From the NCBI GenBank assembly GCA_002189035.1, contig NEEC01000487.1, positions 1-28,291 on the forward strand: a stretch of DNA of 28,291 nt, read 5' to 3'. The position numbers and the translations under genes are program-made. The notes beneath the pieces are model-generated. The model saw only the letters and a program-made list of their open reading frames with translations, was not told where the DNA came from and made no database searches. Numbering within the stretch: the first letter of the stretch is position 1; every line of letters begins with the position of its first letter. Shown piece after piece: positions 24,401-28,291 of the stretch. The stretch comes from Utricularia gibba (Eukaryota; Plantae; Magnoliophyta).

Positions 24401-27400
24401 GCTCGGCAAAAAAACTTGATGCATTTCTTAACGTTGGGTTTTAATTGGCTGCCTACATGGTTTCTCAAGGAAAAGCTTGTCGTTTTTGGGCGGGTGATGT
24501 CGTTGTGAACTTCGTTCTGACCAAGGTTCGGTCTGACTCCTTTGCCACATGGGTCTACTCGACGAAATCGTGCTGCACTTATTGAAGTTAGGATGTCATG
24601 AGCAAAATGGTTTTCTCAACGCATGCTTTATATTTGAGGAGGCGCTCTCGTGGGGCAACGGTATCGAGAAGGAGGTCGAGTCGAGCTCGGGCCCATAGTC
24701 ATTTGTGGCTCGGCAAAAACTTGATGCATTTCTTAACGTTGGGTTTTAATTGGCTGCTACATGGTTTTCAAGGAAAAGCTTGTCGTTTTTGGGGGGTGAT
24801 GTCGTTGTGAACTTCGTTCTGACCCAAGGTTCTGACTTTTGCCACATCGGGTCCTACTCGACGAAATCGTGCTGCACTTATTGAAGTTAGGATGTCATGA
24901 GCACCAAAATGGTTTTCTCAACCGCATGCTTTATATTGAGGAGGCTCTCGTGGGGCAACGGTATCGAGAAGGAGGTCGAGTCGAGCTCGGGCCATAGTCA
25001 TTTGTGGCTCGGCAAAAAATTGATGCATTTCTTAACGTTGGGTTTTAATTGGTGCCTACATGGTTTCTCAAGGAAAAGCTTGTCGTTTTTGGGCGGGTGA
25101 TGTCGTTGTGAACTTCGTTCTGACCAAGGTTCGGTCTGACTCTTTGCCACATCGGGTCTACTCGACGAAAATCGTGATGCACTTATTGAAGTTAGGATGT
25201 CATGAGCACCAAAATGGTTTTCTCAACCGCATGCTTTATATCTGAGGAGGCGCTCTCGTGGGGCAACGGTATCGAGAAGGGTCGAGTCGAGCTCGGGCCA
25301 TAGTCATTTGTGGCTCGGCAAAAAATTGATGCATTTCTTAACGTTGGGTTTTAATTGGCTGCTACATGGTTTTCAAGGAAAAGCTTGTCGTTTTTGGGCG
25401 GTGATGTCGTTGTGAACTTCGTTCTGACCCAAGGTTCGGTCTGACTCCTTTGCCACATCGGGTCTACTCGACGAAAATCGTGATGCACTTATTGAAGTTA
25501 GGATGTCATAAGCACCAAAATGGTTTTCTCAACCGCATGCTTTATATCTGAGGAGGCGCTCTCGTGGGCAACGGTATCGAGAAGGAGGTCGAGTCGAGCT
25601 CGGGCCCATAGTCATTTGTGGCTCGGCAAAAAACTTGATGCATTTCTTAACGTTGGGTTTTAATTGGCTGCCTACATGGTTTTCAAGGAAAAGCTTGTCG
25701 TTTTTGGGCGGGTGATGTCGTTGTGAACTTCGTTCTGACCCAAGGTTCGGTCTGACTCCTTTGCCAATCGGGTCCTACTCGACGAAAATCGTGATGCACT
25801 TATTGAAGTTAGGATGTCATGAGCACCCAAAATGGTTTTTCAACCGCATGCTTTATATTGAGGAGGCGCTCTCGTGGGGCAACGGTATCGAGAAGGAGGT
25901 CGAGTCGAGCTCGGGCCATAGTCATTTGTGCTCGGCAAAAAACTTGATGCATTTCTTAACGTTGGGTTTTAATTGGCTGCCTACATGGTTTTCAAGGAAA
26001 AGCTTGTCGTTTTTGGGCGGGTGATGTCGTTGTGAACTTCGTTCTGACCAAGGTCTTTGCCACATCGGGTCTACTCGACGAAATCGTGCTGCACTTATTG
26101 AAGTTAGGATGTCATGAGCACCCAAATGGTTTTCTCAACCGCATGCTTTATATTGAGGAGGCGCTCTCGTGGGGCAACGGTATCGAGAAGGAGGTCGAGT
26201 CGAGCTCGGCCATAGTCATTTGTGTCGGCAAAAAACTTGATGCATTTCTTAACGTTGGGTTTTAATTGGCTGCTACATGGTTTCAAGGAAAAGCTTGTCG
26301 TTTTTGGGCGGGTGATGTCGTTGTGAACTTCGTTCTGACCCAAGGTTCGGTCTGACTCCTTTGCCACATCGGGTCCTACTCGACGAAATCGTGATGCACT
26401 TATTGAAGTTAGGATGTCATGAGCACCAAAATGGTTTTCTCAACCGCATGCTTTATATTTGATAAGGCGCTCTCGTGGGGCAACGGTATCGAGAGGTGGT
26501 CGAGTCGAGCTCGGGCCATAGTCATTTGTGGCTCGGCAAAAAATTGATGCATTTCTTAACGTTGGGTTTTAATTGGCTGCCTACATGGTTTCTCAAGGAA
26601 AAGCTTGTGTTTTTGGGCGGGTGATGTCGTTGTGAACTTCGTTCTGACCAAGGTTGGTTGACTCTTTGCCACATCGGGTCCTACTCGACGAAAATCGTGA
26701 TGCACTTATTGAAGTTAGGATGTCATGCACCCAAAATGGTTTTCTCAACCGCATGCTTTATATCTGAGGAGGCGCTCTCGTGGGGCAACGGTATCGAGAA
26801 GGAGGTCGAGTCGAGCTCGGGCCCATAGTCATTTGTAGCTCGGCAAAAAACTTGATGCATTTCTTAACGTTGGGTTTTAATTGGCTGCCTACATGGTTTT
26901 CTCAAGGAAAAGCTTGTCGTTTTTGGGCGGGTGATGTCGTTGTGAACTTCGTTCTGACCCAAGGTTCGGTCTGACTCCTTTGCCACATCGGGTCCTACTC
27001 GACGAAAATCGTGCTGCACTTATTGAAGTTAGGATGTCATGAGCACCAAAATGGTTTTCTCAACCGCATGCTTTATATCTGAGGAGGCGCTCTCGTGGGG
27101 CAACGGTATCGAGAAGGAGGTCGAGTCGAGCTCGGGCCATAGTCATTTGTGCTCGGCAAAAAACTTGATGCATTTCTTAACGTTGGGTTTTAATTGGCTG
27201 CTACATGGTTTCTCAAGGAAAAGCTTGTCGTTTTTTGGGCGGGTGATGTCGTTGTGAACTTCGTTCTGACCAAGGTTCGGTCTGACTCTTTTGCCACATC
27301 GGGTCTACTCGACGAAAATCGTGATGCACTTATTGAAGTTAGGATGTCATAAGCACAAAATGGTTTTCTCAACCGCATGCTTTATATCTGAGGAGGCGCT

Positions 27401-28291
27401 CTCGTGGGGCAACGGTATCGAGAAGGAGGTCGAGTCGAGCTCGGGCCATAGTCATTTGTAGCTCGGCAAAAAACTTGATGCATTTCTTAACGTTGGGTTT
27501 TAATTGGCTGCTACATGGTTTCTCAAGGAAAAGCTTGTCGTTTTTGGGGGGTGATGTCGTTGTGAACTTCGTTCTGACCAAGGTTCTTTGCCCAATCGGG
27601 TCCTACTCGACGAAAATTGTGCACTTATTGAAGTTAGGATGTCATAGCACCAAAAATGGTTTTCTCAACCGCATGCTTTATATCTGAGGAGGCGCTCTCG
27701 TGGGGCAACGGTATCGAGAAGGAGGTCGAGTCGAGCTCGGGCCATAGTCATTTGTGGCTCGGCAAAAAACTTGATGCATTTCTTAACGTTGGGTTTTAAT
27801 TGGCTGCCTACATGGTTTCTCAAGGAAAAGCTTGTCGTTTTTGGGCGGGTGATGTCGTTGTGAACTTCGTTCTGACCAAGGTTCGGTCTGACTCTTTGCA
27901 CACGGGTCTACTCGACGAAAATCGTGCTGCACTTATTGAAGTTAGGATGTCATAAGCACCAAAATGGTTTTTCAACCGCATGCTTTATATCTGAGGAGGC
28001 GCTCTCGTGGGGCAACGGTATGAGAAGGAGGTCGAGTCGAGCTCGGGCCATAGTCATTTGTAGCTCGGCAAAAAACTTGATGCATTTCTTAACGTTGGGT
28101 TTTAATTGGCTGCTACATGGTTTCTCAAGGAAAAGCTTGTCGTTTTTGGGCGGTGATGTGTTGTGAACTTCGTTCTGACCAAGGTTGACTCTTTGCCATC
28201 GGGTCTACTCGACGAAATCGTGCTGCACTTATTGAAGTTAGGATGTCATGAGCACCCAAAATGGTTTTCTCAACGCATGCTTTATATTTGA

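Larger units (their letters stand above)
1..28291. repeat. Tandem (satellite-like) array, ~305-315-bp monomer, 92 complete copies plus a partial copy, all head-to-tail
   Basis: The anchor TCGTTCTGAC (occasionally with a mismatch) recurs at 1, 313, 626, 931, 1225, 1537 ... 27867, 28170, giving a mean spacing of ~306 bp. The same motif order (AAGGTTC, CGACGAAA, GCATGC, GAGCTC, ATGCAT, AACGTT, AAGCTT) runs throughout. Seen directly in sequence; family not recognised. Confidence 0.99.

Noticed and set aside
111-28166. The many 60-250-aa ORFs in the supplied track as genes
   Set aside because: They are the same few frames of the repeat, joined differently by indels (e.g. 5158..5916, 8565..9254). 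I see no recognisable domain and no synonymous bias in the frames I checked.
1-28291. CRISPR array
   Set aside because: There are no unique spacers. The entire ~306-bp period is repeated, and no cas genes are present.
1-28291. Mobile-element insertion or orientation switch within the array
   Set aside because: Every anchor-to-anchor interval is between 273 and 315 bp and in the same orientation, leaving no room for foreign sequence.

Overview
The whole 28,291-bp window is one uninterrupted head-to-tail tandem array: 92 complete copies plus a partial 93rd, with no unique flank, inversion or insertion. I rebuilt a 315-bp consensus monomer by hand, numbered p1-p315 from the first T of TCGTTCTGAC (clean copies: 13170-13484 and 13485-13799). 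It is about 49% GC, 57% G+T on the + strand, and has 19 CpG against about 18.6 expected. Copies differ in three ways: a long/short indel starting at p20 (usually 10 bp), a few recurrent linked substitutions (p66, p93, p132, p136-137, p167, p171, p205), and many single-base homopolymer deletions that increase toward the right end. The ORF track is the same few frames repeated, and I recognise no gene. The most parsimonious reading is a satellite DNA of unknown family, sequenced or assembled with long-read or consensus noise. A concatemer of a small circular or reverse-transcribed template is a live alternative. Its support is a fixed-left/ragged-right junction, a collinear rod-like pairing potential and a near monomer-length ORF, each of which also has a mundane explanation. 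I cannot assign an organism or confirm a new biological system from sequence alone.
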